36,905 bases of DNA from the NCBI GenBank assembly GCA_964388245.1, contig CAYLZH010000006.1, positions 1-36,905 on the forward strand. Reading direction: 5' to 3'. The notes under the pieces were generated by a model, which worked only from the letters and a program-made list of their open reading frames with translations, did no database searches and was not told the origin of the DNA. This document shows, piece by piece, positions 1 to 10,100 of this stretch; the first letter of the stretch is position 1, and each line of letters starts with the position of its first letter. Both the position numbers and the translations under genes were made by a program. Source of the stretch: an uncultured Bacteroidales bacterium (GTDB lineage Bacteria; Bacteroidota; Bacteroidia; Bacteroidales; M50B96).

Positions 1-1
1 C

Positions 2-109
2 CAGTTAAATCAGTTTGCACGCTATGATATTGATGAAGATTATACCGATAATGTAATTTTGAAAAACAGAGTGCTAAGTTTTTCGGCTGTTTTTTATTTT
101 AATCAATAG
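2..109 (+). CDS. 3' end of a gene entering from the left, probably an outer-membrane beta-barrel protein (partial)
   Basis: Open frame from base 2 reads QLNQFARYDIDEDYTDNVILKNRVLSFSAVFYFNQ* (TAG 107-109). The alternating hydrophobic terminal strand resembles Bacteroidota porin-family C-termini. Confidence 0.55.
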   Translation, partial: QLNQFARYDIDEDYTDNVILKNRVLSFSAVFYFNQ

Positions 110-262
110 TGGTTATAAACTGTAAATTATCAACCATCAAAATTTAAAATGTTTATTTCTTCTTCCTATATCATGATTTTATCATTATAAAAGAATTTTT
201 TCAATTATAAAAGCTTATACCTAATTCACAATTTCTAACTCAAATTAAAAAAAATAAAGAAC

Positions 263-1282
263 ATGAAAACATTCACGAAATTATTTCTCTTAAGTTTGGT
301 GCTAATTATTATTACTTCTTGTAGTAAAGAAGATGAGCAATCTAATAGTACTTTAGATAATGCAATTTTACTTGAAATTAATCCGGAATATGGATGCTAT
401 GTGGCTGAAAACGGAGATCATTTCTATTACGATGCCTTATTGAGTATTAACGATAGTAACCTGTACAAACTGGATGTTGAAGCAGGAAAGAAATATCATT
501 TCATTTGTACACAACCCGGCTTGCATTATACAAATCTTCAAATGTTATTATTGAATTCCGAAATGGATACCATTTCAATTTCCTATCGCAAAGAAGGTAT
601 CCCGCATATTTACTTCGAACCAAGTTCAAATGATTACTTGTATTTAACTGTGTCTACCGGATATGAATATAATGAATCGTTGAGCTATAATTTGTATTTC
701 GAGGTATTCGATCCGGTATCGACCGATTTCAATGGCTATCCGGTTGAATATTACGGGCCTTGGCAAATAACAGGTGCAAACAGCCTGAAGTTTACAAAAA
801 TTGATACGCGGGGATTTCGCTGGTTTCGGTTTAATACAAGCTTAGACAATCCTGATGTATCCTTCACATTAAAAGCAACACAAAATAGCGATATCCCATC
901 GTTTGGTTTTCTGTTTGATGGATCGACTGATTTATTAACATGGAGCGATTACAGGTACGAATTGCCCGACTTTGGGACTTTTTTCAATATCCTGGATAAT
1001 CAAACTTTTCGGATATATAACATAAAAGGGAGCAGTATTGGATTTGATTCGGGTAGCTATTCGGTACCTGATATCGACATGATCAATGGAGTAAATATAA
1101 ATCTGTTATTCCACGACTATGGCAGCCACTATACTTATGAGATTATTTTAAATGGTACTTCCATACAGGAACTCAGTATTGAATCAATAAACACATTTTA
1201 TCTTGTAACGCAAGACCTTGATTATGGTGACATCTTGTTCGAAAATATACAGTTTGAGTCGGATACAATTGCTAAAAAGTAA
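263..1282 (+). CDS. Hypothetical lipoprotein, probably surface-exposed
   Basis: 339 aa. Signal peptide II with lipobox ITS-C followed by SKEDE, resembling the Bacteroidota lipoprotein export signal. Beta-rich body. Confidence 0.75.
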   Translation: MKTFTKLFLLSLVLIIITSCSKEDEQSNSTLDNAILLEINPEYGCYVAENGDHFYYDALLSINDSNLYKLDVEAGKKYHFICTQPGLHYTNLQMLLLNSEMDTISISYRKEGIPHIYFEPSSNDYLYLTVSTGYEYNESLSYNLYFEVFDPVSTDFNGYPVEYYGPWQITGANSLKFTKIDTRGFRWFRFNTSLDNPDVSFTLKATQNSDIPSFGFLFDGSTDLLTWSDYRYELPDFGTFFNILDNQTFRIYNIKGSSIGFDSGSYSVPDIDMINGVNINLLFHDYGSHYTYEIILNGTSIQELSIESINTFYLVTQDLDYGDILFENIQFESDTIAKK

Positions 1283-1355
1283 CAGCTTGCTAATAAAACT
1301 ATCGGAAACTAAAAAAATATGTTTCGATGTAGCCTATGAGATTGATAAGTATTTA

Positions 1356-1625
1356 ACTCAAGTTTCGCAATTGTTTTAGTCATTCCAATCAAATGAAATA
1401 TAGTATGATATAAATCTCTGTGTAACTTTGTGCATTCTCAGTGTAACTCTGTGATACAGCTAAAAGGCTATTACACAGAGTTCCACAAAGGTACCACAGA
1501 GGTTCACAGAGAATTTTACACCTACAAATGGAATTCTAATATGCTGGTAATCAACCAGCATTTATCTCGTGGACTTATTAAATGACTGATAATATTTTAG
1601 TTACAGCAAGCCGCGAAACTTCAGT
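1356..1625. mobile_element. Non-autonomous MITE-like insertion (~270 bp)
   Basis: Terminal inverted repeats ACTCAAGTTTCGC (1356-1368) and GCGAAACTTCAGT (1613-1625) match 12/13. Flanking direct repeat ATTTA lies at 1351-1355 and 1626-1630 (or TATTTAA if the ends are set 1 bp inward). No internal ORF. Excision restores the host frame. Confidence 0.8.
1412..1516. repeat. Long imperfect palindrome built of four ~10-11 bp TCTGTG units per arm (REP-like)
   Basis: Left arm aaatctctgtgtaactttgtgcattctcagtgtaactctgtg (1412-1453) pairs with right arm cacagagttccacaaaggtaccacagaggttcacagagaattt (1474-1516). Confidence 0.85.
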
Positions 1626-2027
1626 ATTTAATTCCAACTCCCCCATATTTTGAATATGATTCATTGGGATCTGAGCCACAAATAGTTGCTGGCAAGGATC
1701 CCGATGTTTCTGCTTTCCGTTTCTGGTTTCAATCATTTTACGATGCTCCTAATGGCTTTGAGGAGGAAATGAAAGAGTTGATCTATCAACTGGGTGTAGA
1801 GGGAAGATTTCATACGAAGGATATTGTACTGATTATTCGATTTGGGAGATTCCGGCAACATAATGAGAAAGGCGGTTTGAAATACAATACTGTCGGTGCA
1901 GGAATTAACATTAAAGGATTTTATCTGAATTACAGTATTCATTATGATTTTGGTCAGGGATTAATTAAAGGAAACGAATTGAAATATGTAAAGTATTTAC
2001 AGGTGGGGTATAATTACAGGTTTTGAT

Positions 2028-2455
2028 AATCTGAATGCAAGCAGTGAAGGGATAACAAATTCAGCAACATCCTTTTTAAATCCAGATGTACCATTTATAA
2101 ATTTTCCAATTAATGAACGGAACCCTTTTATTTACTCACTCGAAAATGGCTGTGGGCAGGATACCCACTTCTCATACAATCAACCTACAGCTCTTTGTAA
2201 CACTGTGTATTTCAATACTTGCCAGGAATTTACTCACTTTTCAGGCATCGAGAATCAAACATATATTTCATTTATAAAATCCCATGGGCACTCGATCTTA
2301 CTAACGAATTTCAATGGACTAAAGAATCTGTTTCTTTAAACGAATGATATTTACACTTTGTCGAATGGGCAATATCCGGTGGTTTAGTCTATTCCGACTG
2401 GTATTTTGAGAAAGCGTATTCAAGAGATCAGAGTGGCTATAGAGATCAAACCTAA
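2028..2455 (+). pseudogene. LruC-domain / DUF4842-like C-terminal remnant
   Basis: One frame reads NPFIYSLENGCGQDTHFSYNQPTALCNTVYFNT from 2121. After a frameshift near 2270 another reads YKIPWALDLTNEFQWTKESVSLNE*YLHFVEWAISGGLVYSDWY...GYRDQT*. This fits the LruC pattern NPFI..H....PT / PWA..E..YxxFxxWAxSGG..xDWY. In-frame TGA at 2345-2347. Absent from the ORF track. Confidence 0.7.
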
Positions 2456-2596
2456 CTTGATAGTGAAAAAAATCATATCCAATTTTACTGGTGAAGAATA
2501 TTCGAATGACCCCTTTCTTTTTGTTAAAATTTGACCAACTGGTCTTGCATGTTTTTTTTTGGGCTAAATTCGGGCTGGGATTAAAATATATTAAAG

Positions 2597-5500
2597 ATGA
2601 AAAAAACTGTACTTCTAATTGCAATTGTATTCACTGCCTTAAGTGTTTTTGCTCAGCATAAACTAATTGATACACGCGAAGCATCGAAAACCGAAGATCA
2701 CACAATGCTTGATTATTCCGATGAAGGAACCAGGAATATTTCTTTTCATTATACATTTAAAAGTTCTTTGAATAGTGAAATGCCGGTTAATGGTACAAAC
2801 TACAGTTTGCTTCTACGAAAAGGATTTACGCATACAAAAGATATCGGGAAACCAGCCCTTCCATCGCATAATAAAATAGTTGCCGTACCGTTGGGAGCCA
2901 GGGCAAAAATAAGTTATCACAAATTGGCCTATTCTGATACGACTGGTTTTAGCTGTTACCCTGCCCAGCCCCCTTCACCTGATTCATACAATGCCCCGGA
3001 ACCGGAATTTACCATCGATAAAGATTTTTATACGAAAGATGTTCTTTATCCTGAAATGCCGGTCGAAATTGTAGAACGGTTAATGTGGCGCGGAATGGAA
3101 ATGTTGGTTGTTCAGGTTAGGCCTGTATTGTATAATCCGTTTCAGAAGAAGTATCGTTTGTATTCTGAAATCGAATTTTCAATTGATTTTGAAGGAGGTT
3201 CGCAGTTTATCGATGCAAACATGCACAGCCAAAATTTTCTTAGAAATTATCCGGCAGCATTCTTTAATAAGTCTTCAATACAAAATGAAGTCGATAAAAA
3301 GAGTAAACCTCGCAACCTTTCTAAAGGAGATGCTTGTGATTATATCATTGTTACAATAGATGAGTATTTCGAAGCGGCCGAAAAACTGGCTGCCTGGAAA
3401 AGACAAATAGGATATAAAGTTGAAATCGTTTCAAAACCCGTATGGACAGTAGCCGAAGTCGACGAAGCTATAAAAACACGTTACCAGAATTGGACTCCTA
3501 AGCCCGATTATTTTGTAATTATTGGCGACCAGCAGGATGTGCCGGGGCAAAGTATGGGATCACATGTAACCGACCTCTATTATGCGTGCATGGATGGAGG
3601 AAATGATTTCTGGCCCGATATGGCAAGGGGAAGAATTAGTGTTGCTTCCTCAGCATACGCCAATTCAATTGTCGATAAAATCATAAAATATGAATCAGTT
3701 CCGGTAAGCAATCCTGATTTTTATTCAACAGGTACACATGCTGCCTATTTCCAGGAGTCGAGCACACCCGGATATGCAGAGCGTCGGTTTGCCCAAACCG
3801 CAGAAGAATGCCTGCTTTATTTGGAAGATCAGTATGGATACAGTGTAAACAGGGTTTATGTTACCGGAACCTCAACAAATCCAACCAACTGGAATAATGG
3901 TTATTATTCGGCAGGTGAACCTATACCGCCTTATCTCTTAAAACCCGGATTTCCCTGGGATGGAGATGCAACTGATATCAACACACATATTAACAATGGA
4001 AGTTTGTATGTGCTACACCGTGATCATGGTTTCGAATTAGGCTGGGGCGATCCATATTATGATCTTTCGGATGTTAGCAACCTGACCAATGCTGACCTGA
4101 CACCGGTCGTTTTCAGTATTAATTGCCTTACCGGAAAATTTAACGTTTCGGAATGCTTTGCCGAACGGTTCCTTCGAAAGACACCAGGAGGTGCTGTTGG
4201 TGTGTTTGCCCATTCCGAAGTAAGTTACAGTGGTTATAACGATGGTCTTGCAATGGGGCTTTTTGATGCGATATGGGCAAATCCCGGATTAGTTCCAAAT
4301 TTTACCGGAAGCGGGGGTGTTTTCAATCCTTCAGTTACTCCCCACGATCCGATTTTAACGATGGGAGATGTGTTAAATCATAGTCTTATCAGGATGTCAG
4401 AAACCTGGGGCGTAAATCAGTATACCAACGAACTGTTTCATTATTTTGGCGATCCGGCAATGAAGATATGGACAATGGAACCTCAGGAGATTACTGCAAC
4501 ATTTACTAATACGATTATATGTGGTGTCGATTCTGTGATTGAGGTATACAATGCAAATGTTCCTGATGCCATGGTTACACTTGTAGTTGATGGTGATCTA
4601 ATTACCGGTATTCAATTGGTGAATGGAGCTGGTACACTTGAGTTTTCACCGGTTGCCGGAACAAGTGGTGTCCTCACTATTTCGGCAGCCAATCATAAAC
4701 CAAAACTTGCTAATGTATATATTTTGGGTGGGTGCCCTAAGTCGAAATTCACCATCGGGCCAAGTCATTTTTGTACTGCTGACAGTGTTTGGTTCGAATC
4801 AACATCAACCGGTACCATAACTTCATATAACTGGGATTTTGGGCCTGGAGCAGTTAATCAGTTCGATACAACAGCCGGACCCCATACAGTTTATTACTCC
4901 ACACCGGGTCCAAAAACTGTTTCGCTTCAAGTATCGGGGCCATCGGGGAGTGATGTTTACGAGCGTCAGATTTTTATCGAGGCCGATTGCAAATTTTATA
5001 TGCCCAACCTTGGAACTGTAATGACATCATTTTGCTACGGTGTGTTATACGACGATGGTGGTGAAAGCAATTATTCTGACGAATCATATGGCGTATTTGT
5101 TATTGAACCCGATGGAGCATCCAGTCTAACTCTTTATTTCAGTGAGTTTAATTTCGAACAGGACTGGGACACCTTGTTTGTTTACGATGGCAACATATCG
5201 CCTTTAAATCTGATTGGAGGCTATACCGGAAATGCGTTGCCAAATGGAGGAATCATTAATTCAGCAACAGGAAAAATTACCCTGGTACAGCAAACTGATC
5301 AGGCAGTAAATGAATTAGGCTTTAAACTCGAATGGACTTGTAATTATCCGAATTCTGCACCACACAGCGATTTCATTCTGCTCGATTTAAACTCTTGTAT
5401 GGGCGAAGCTAATTTCTATGATATTTCGACAAATATTCCAAATTCCTGGCTGTGGGATTTTGGCGATGGAAATACATCAACAGATCAACACCCTGCTCAT

Positions 5501-6742
5501 GTATACGAATCAAACGGATTGTTTACAATTAGGCTGATAACCGAAAATGCATTTGGAAGTGATACGGTAATCTATCCTTCGTTTGTTGAAATTGAGCGGC
5601 CGTTGTCGCCAGTGATAGAAGATAGCTTAGATAGATGTGGTCCTGGAAATCTTGAACTTTCAGCTTACTCTGCCGGAACAACATTCTGGTATAATTCACC
5701 GGATGCCAGCGTTCCGGTCGATACGGGAGCTATGCTCCAGGTAACACTGGATTCGAGCCAGGTATTCTTTGTTGAAAATATTGAGAATGCACCACCAGCT
5801 TATGGAGCGAAATTTAATAATGCCGGTGGAGGCGGTTTTTACAGTTATTTCACATCGCACTATCTGGTATTTGATGTGTATGAGGAGTTTTTACTGAAAT
5901 CGGTAAAAGTTTATGCCGATGGAACCGATTTGCGAATAATTGAACTGCGTGATGCCGGTGGAAACGTTATGGAAACTACAGCTATACAAATTCCTGATGG
6001 TGAAAGCCGTGTAGAATTAAACTGGCATATAGCACCAGGAACCGATTATCAGCTTGCTGCCGGTGGTTCACCAAACCTTTACCGAAATAATTCGAGTTGT
6101 ACCTATCCGTACGATATTGCAGGCATGGGAGAGGTAAAAGAAAGCTCTGCTTCATCGAATCCAACGGGTTATTACTATTTCTTCTACGACTGGGAAGTTG
6201 TTGGTGGCAAGTGCTATAGTCCGAGAATTCCTTACAGTGTATTTGTTTTTGACAATCCTCCTGTTGCCGGTTTCGACTTTAATGTAATAAACGATTCGCT
6301 CGTTTCATTTACCAATACAACCGAAAATGCTACATCCTGCACCTGGAATTTTGGCGACAATACTTCATCGGAAGTTATGAGCCCGAACCATTCTTATGCA
6401 GAGATTGGCCATTTCGATGTTGTAATGATTGCAACAAATGCTTGTGGTAGCGATACTGTTGCTGCAACTGTTGTAGTAGGAATTGATAATATCGATGATC
6501 ATCAGAATACAATTTTAGTTTATCCGAATCCGGCAGAAAATACTGTTCATATTGTATTTTCGAAACCACAAAACGAAAAGATGGATATTCACCTGTATTC
6601 AATTACCGGTCAATGTCTTAGGATTTGGCAAACGGAAAAACTCAGGAAGCAATTATCAATTCCGCTTAAAGATTATAGTCCAGGTATTTATTGGTTAAGA
6701 ATTGGTAATAAAGCTGTTAAAAAATTGATTATTCAGCGATAG
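2597..6742 (+). CDS. C25 (gingipain-like) cysteine peptidase with propeptide, PKD, CUB and Ig-like domains and a T9SS C-terminal sorting domain
   Basis: 1381 aa. SPI signal (VFA-Q), propeptide (GKPALP, FYTKDVLYP), C25 core (IIGD, TDLYYA, GRIS) with catalytic His (HRDHG) and Cys (INCLTG), and YFGDP. Three PKD motifs (WDFG/WNFG), a CUB motif (DDGG..NYS...DTLFVYDG) and a CTD (VYPNPA...GIYWLRI...KKLII). Confidence 0.92.
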   Translation: MKKTVLLIAIVFTALSVFAQHKLIDTREASKTEDHTMLDYSDEGTRNISFHYTFKSSLNSEMPVNGTNYSLLLRKGFTHTKDIGKPALPSHNKIVAVPLGARAKISYHKLAYSDTTGFSCYPAQPPSPDSYNAPEPEFTIDKDFYTKDVLYPEMPVEIVERLMWRGMEMLVVQVRPVLYNPFQKKYRLYSEIEFSIDFEGGSQFIDANMHSQNFLRNYPAAFFNKSSIQNEVDKKSKPRNLSKGDACDYIIVTIDEYFEAAEKLAAWKRQIGYKVEIVSKPVWTVAEVDEAIKTRYQNWTPKPDYFVIIGDQQDVPGQSMGSHVTDLYYACMDGGNDFWPDMARGRISVASSAYANSIVDKIIKYESVPVSNPDFYSTGTHAAYFQESSTPGYAERRFAQTAEECLLYLEDQYGYSVNRVYVTGTSTNPTNWNNGYYSAGEPIPPYLLKPGFPWDGDATDINTHINNGSLYVLHRDHGFELGWGDPYYDLSDVSNLTNADLTPVVFSINCLTGKFNVSECFAERFLRKTPGGAVGVFAHSEVSYSGYNDGLAMGLFDAIWANPGLVPNFTGSGGVFNPSVTPHDPILTMGDVLNHSLIRMSETWGVNQYTNELFHYFGDPAMKIWTMEPQEITATFTNTIICGVDSVIEVYNANVPDAMVTLVVDGDLITGIQLVNGAGTLEFSPVAGTSGVLTISAANHKPKLANVYILGGCPKSKFTIGPSHFCTADSVWFESTSTGTITSYNWDFGPGAVNQFDTTAGPHTVYYSTPGPKTVSLQVSGPSGSDVYERQIFIEADCKFYMPNLGTVMTSFCYGVLYDDGGESNYSDESYGVFVIEPDGASSLTLYFSEFNFEQDWDTLFVYDGNISPLNLIGGYTGNALPNGGIINSATGKITLVQQTDQAVNELGFKLEWTCNYPNSAPHSDFILLDLNSCMGEANFYDISTNIPNSWLWDFGDGNTSTDQHPAHVYESNGLFTIRLITENAFGSDTVIYPSFVEIERPLSPVIEDSLDRCGPGNLELSAYSAGTTFWYNSPDASVPVDTGAMLQVTLDSSQVFFVENIENAPPAYGAKFNNAGGGGFYSYFTSHYLVFDVYEEFLLKSVKVYADGTDLRIIELRDAGGNVMETTAIQIPDGESRVELNWHIAPGTDYQLAAGGSPNLYRNNSSCTYPYDIAGMGEVKESSASSNPTGYYYFFYDWEVVGGKCYSPRIPYSVFVFDNPPVAGFDFNVINDSLVSFTNTTENATSCTWNFGDNTSSEVMSPNHSYAEIGHFDVVMIATNACGSDTVAATVVVGIDNIDDHQNTILVYPNPAENTVHIVFSKPQNEKMDIHLYSITGQCLRIWQTEKLRKQLSIPLKDYSPGIYWLRIGNKAVKKLIIQR

Positions 6743-6764
6743 TATTTTTGCAAAATTTATTTAA

Positions 6765-7067
6765 GTGAAGAAAAACAAATTTCTGAAGATTATTTCACCA
6801 GTTACAAAGAATAAATATTTGTTAACATTGGCACTGTTTGTAGTTTGGCTCGCATTTTTCGACCGCGATAATTTGCTCGATCGATACCATGCAATGAAAG
6901 AACTGAATAAACTAAAAGTGGAAAAGGAGGGATACAATCAGCAAATTATAGATGATAAGGAGAGCATAAAAAAGCTGGACAACCCTGAGTATCTGGAAAA
7001 ATATGCTCGTGAAGAACATAAAATGAAAAAGGACAATGAGGATATTTTCATTGTTGAAGAGAAATAA
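6765..7067 (+). CDS. ftsB: Septum formation initiator family protein (FtsB/DivIC)
   Basis: 100 aa. NKY..WLAFFD transmembrane segment, coiled coil and LEKYARE..MKKDNEDIFI motif. Confidence 0.85.
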   Translation: MKKNKFLKIISPVTKNKYLLTLALFVVWLAFFDRDNLLDRYHAMKELNKLKVEKEGYNQQIIDDKESIKKLDNPEYLEKYAREEHKMKKDNEDIFIVEEK

Positions 7068-7121
7068 GAAACAATGTGGGGCTGAAACATAACCAAATAA
7101 TCAGGTAAACCTTATGATAGC

Positions 7122-10100
7122 CTAATTTGAGTCAATCATCCTTGAGATTTCATTGTATAGTTTATCCTTTGAAATGGGTTTTGAGATGAACCCGTCGCAT
7201 CCGCTTATTTCTGCATTTTTTACATCATCGGCCATGGCAAAGGCAGTCTGGACTAAAATAGGGACGTTTGGCTGCAGTTGTTTTATCCTGCTAATTGCAT
7301 CGTAACCATTCATTACGGGCATCTTAATGTCCATGATAATCATATCGGTATTCTTACTTGATTTCACAAAGTCGAAGGCATCTTTACCGTTTTTGACCCA
7401 TTTTATTTTAGCCCCTGTTTTTTTAATCAGGGTTTCAAGAAGTATATAATTTGATTCTTCGTCTTCAGCTATTAAGATGTATTTATCTGAAAAATCTGGC
7501 GCGGATGAATGCACCTGCTTATGCTTATCAGGTTTTATATTATTTGATATTGCAATTGGCATTTCGAACAGGAAAGTTGATCCTTTGCCTTCTGTTGATT
7601 CTACACGGATTGTCCCACCCAACAGTTCGACAAGCTTTTTACATAGCGATAAACCTATTCCGGCCCCGTTAAATTTTCTTGTATAGATATCATCGATTTG
7701 CTGAAAGATATCGAAAATAATATCCACTTTTTCTGAAGGGATACCAATTCCGGTGTCCTTCACATAGAACGACAATATTTGTTCTTTGTGCTTGTGTATG
7801 CCAAATTCAATGTATCCCTCGTTTGTAAACTTCAGTGCATTTTTCAGCAGGTTAACAAATACCTGGCTCAGCCTTTTTCTATCAGTATAAACATTAACAC
7901 CTTCCAATCCGCTAATATTGTTCAAATGCAAATCGATATTGGCTTTACCTGATAATTCCTGATCAGCTTTTACTATCTGATAGATTTCATTCAGAAAATC
8001 CAATACATTATAGTTTTCCTTATGCAATTTTAACCTGTCGGTTTCGATTAATGAAATATCAAAAATATCGTTGATAAGCCCTAACAAATGCTGGCCACTC
8101 TTATTAATGATTCCACTATAATTCTTAACCTCCGGATCGTCGTAGTCCAGTTCAAGCAGATTGGAAAATCCGATAATGGCATTTAATGGTGTTCGTAATT
8201 CGTGCGACATGGTAGCCAGGAAAACAGTTTTTACACGATCTGATTGCTCGGCAATTTCCTTGGCATTCTTTAGCTCAAGTTCATGCTGTTTCTGGATGGT
8301 GATATCGCGGGCTATTGCAAAGGTCAGGTTTTCTTCAATAAATGGTTGTGAAATCCATTCGAGCCAGATGTAATTTCCCTCTTTACTCTTAAACCGGTTA
8401 GTGAAACAGGCCAACTGCGGATTCTTCGAGTCTTTTAAATCTACAAGTGAATTAAGCGTACCAAGGTCATCAGGGTGTATCAATGATTGAACTTTTTCTT
8501 TTAGTAACTCTTTTTCAGTATATCCAAGGAGCTTAGTGAAAGCCGGATTAACCCTGACAAGTTGGCCGTCGAGCGATGTAATGCATATTAGATCAGCTGA
8601 CAGATCAAAAATTCGCTGGATTTGTAATTCGACTTTTCTTCTGACAATGAAATTGGATATCATAAAAGAGATTGTCCGTAATATGTCTACTTGATCACTT
8701 TTCCAACATGGTCTCTCAGAGTCGGTTGTTATACCTAAAATGCCGGTATGTCCTTTCCTGATTGATAAAGGAAATAATGTTAAGGATTTACAACATGCAC
8801 TGTTAGTTTCCCTGCTCGGGATGGCCCGGGCCTGGTTTATGTTTTCATAGAATATAAAACCATTTTGTTTGTATTGCCTTTTGCCATCTTCACTACGATA
8901 TATCTTTAATATTTCAGATGAATTTTTGAGTGGTTTTATACCGGTCTTAAACCATTCATAAGTCAGTTTCATTTCCTTGTATTGGGAGTAGTCGTCGATA
9001 ATAAATACACGGTTCAATCGAAAATGTTGAGCGACCTCTCCAAAAGCTTTCAGAATTGGATTCCTGATTTCTTTCGACCGGTTAAACAGGTTTGCTATTT
9101 CTGATACCAATTTCTGGTACTGTAGGTTCTTATTTAATTGTTCAACACTTTGCTTACTTTTGGTAATGTCTTCATGGATGCCAAGGTAGTGTGTTATATC
9201 GCCGTTTGAATCAACAATTGGCGATATTTGAAGTCTTTCCCAGATGATAGAGCCTGATTGTGTTTTATTTTTAATTTCACACACATGCCGGCCTTTATCA
9301 TATACTTCCGATTTTATCTCTTCAATGTATTTATCCGGATTTATATCCTTTAACTTGTCGAGGGAATTTTTTCCTTTTACTTCGCTTAAACTTAAACCTG
9401 TTACCTTCTCAAATTTCGGATTTACATATTCGACCTTTCCTTTTATGTCGGAAATAACCATGGAATTAGGGCTTTGATCAAATGTCGATGACAGTATCCT
9501 GATTTTATCTTCTGATTCTTTTCGTTTCGAAATATCATTAACCACCACCATCATCGATTTTATGTTATCAATCTCGTAGGGATGAACATTTAATTCTGCA
9601 AAAAACCACGATCCGTCTTTTCGTTTCAGGCAAACCTCAAAATCTTTAACAACGCCAATGGTTTCGAGAGTTTGGATAATGTTAGCCCGTTCCTTCTCGC
9701 ACAAGTATAAGTCGTGTGCGACCATATTTTTTAATTCATCGTGGCTATACCCAAAATAATCGATAAGTTTTTGGTTGAACGCTAATAGTTTGCCATCGTA
9801 TGTTGATAAGGCAATTCCTAATGGAGAGTGCTCAAAAATAAGTTTGTATTTTTTGTCGAGTTCGAATCGGGCAGCCTCTGCTTTTAAACGACGACTAATA
9901 TCGGATGCAAGAATTATTGCACCGTCAATTTCACCTGAAGTTGAGTAAACCGGTGCCCCGTTAATTTCAAGATTAACAGTCTTTCCATACGTTGAAAAAT
10001 ATTCAATTTCCTCGGAATAAATACTTTGACCATCTAATAAATTGTGAACTGATTTTGATAAACTTGTTGAGGCAATTCCCGGAAGCTCAAATATATTCAT

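Larger units (their letters stand above)
1287..2026 (+). pseudogene. PorV/PorQ-like (T9SS outer-membrane beta-barrel) remnant, 5'-truncated and interrupted by an insertion
   Basis: ORF 1664-2026 has PorV-like motifs AGKDPDVS, FQSFYDAPNGFEEE and HNEKGG..Y.TVGAG, and a terminal Phe. Removing 1356-1630 fuses ...FDVAYEIDKYL to IPTPPYFEYDSLGSEPQ in frame, matching PorV 'KLLVPTPP'. Only about 23 codons lie upstream of the insertion. Confidence 0.75.

Noticed and set aside
1412-1516. Short repeats as a CRISPR array
   Set aside because: Units are about 10 bp, inverted between arms and have no unique spacers. No cas genes are present.
1664-2026. Stand-alone 120-aa gene
   Set aside because: The TTG is an internal Leu codon. 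Homology continues upstream through IPTPP and across the insertion.
2345-2347. In-frame TGA as selenocysteine or recoding
   Set aside because: The position is not a Cys site in the motif, the same remnant has a frameshift and no start, and TGA is used as a normal stop elsewhere (e.g. 2024-2026).
2319-2624. 101-aa minus-strand ORF
   Set aside because: It is antisense to the LruC-like remnant and overlaps the protease start. No recognisable motif.
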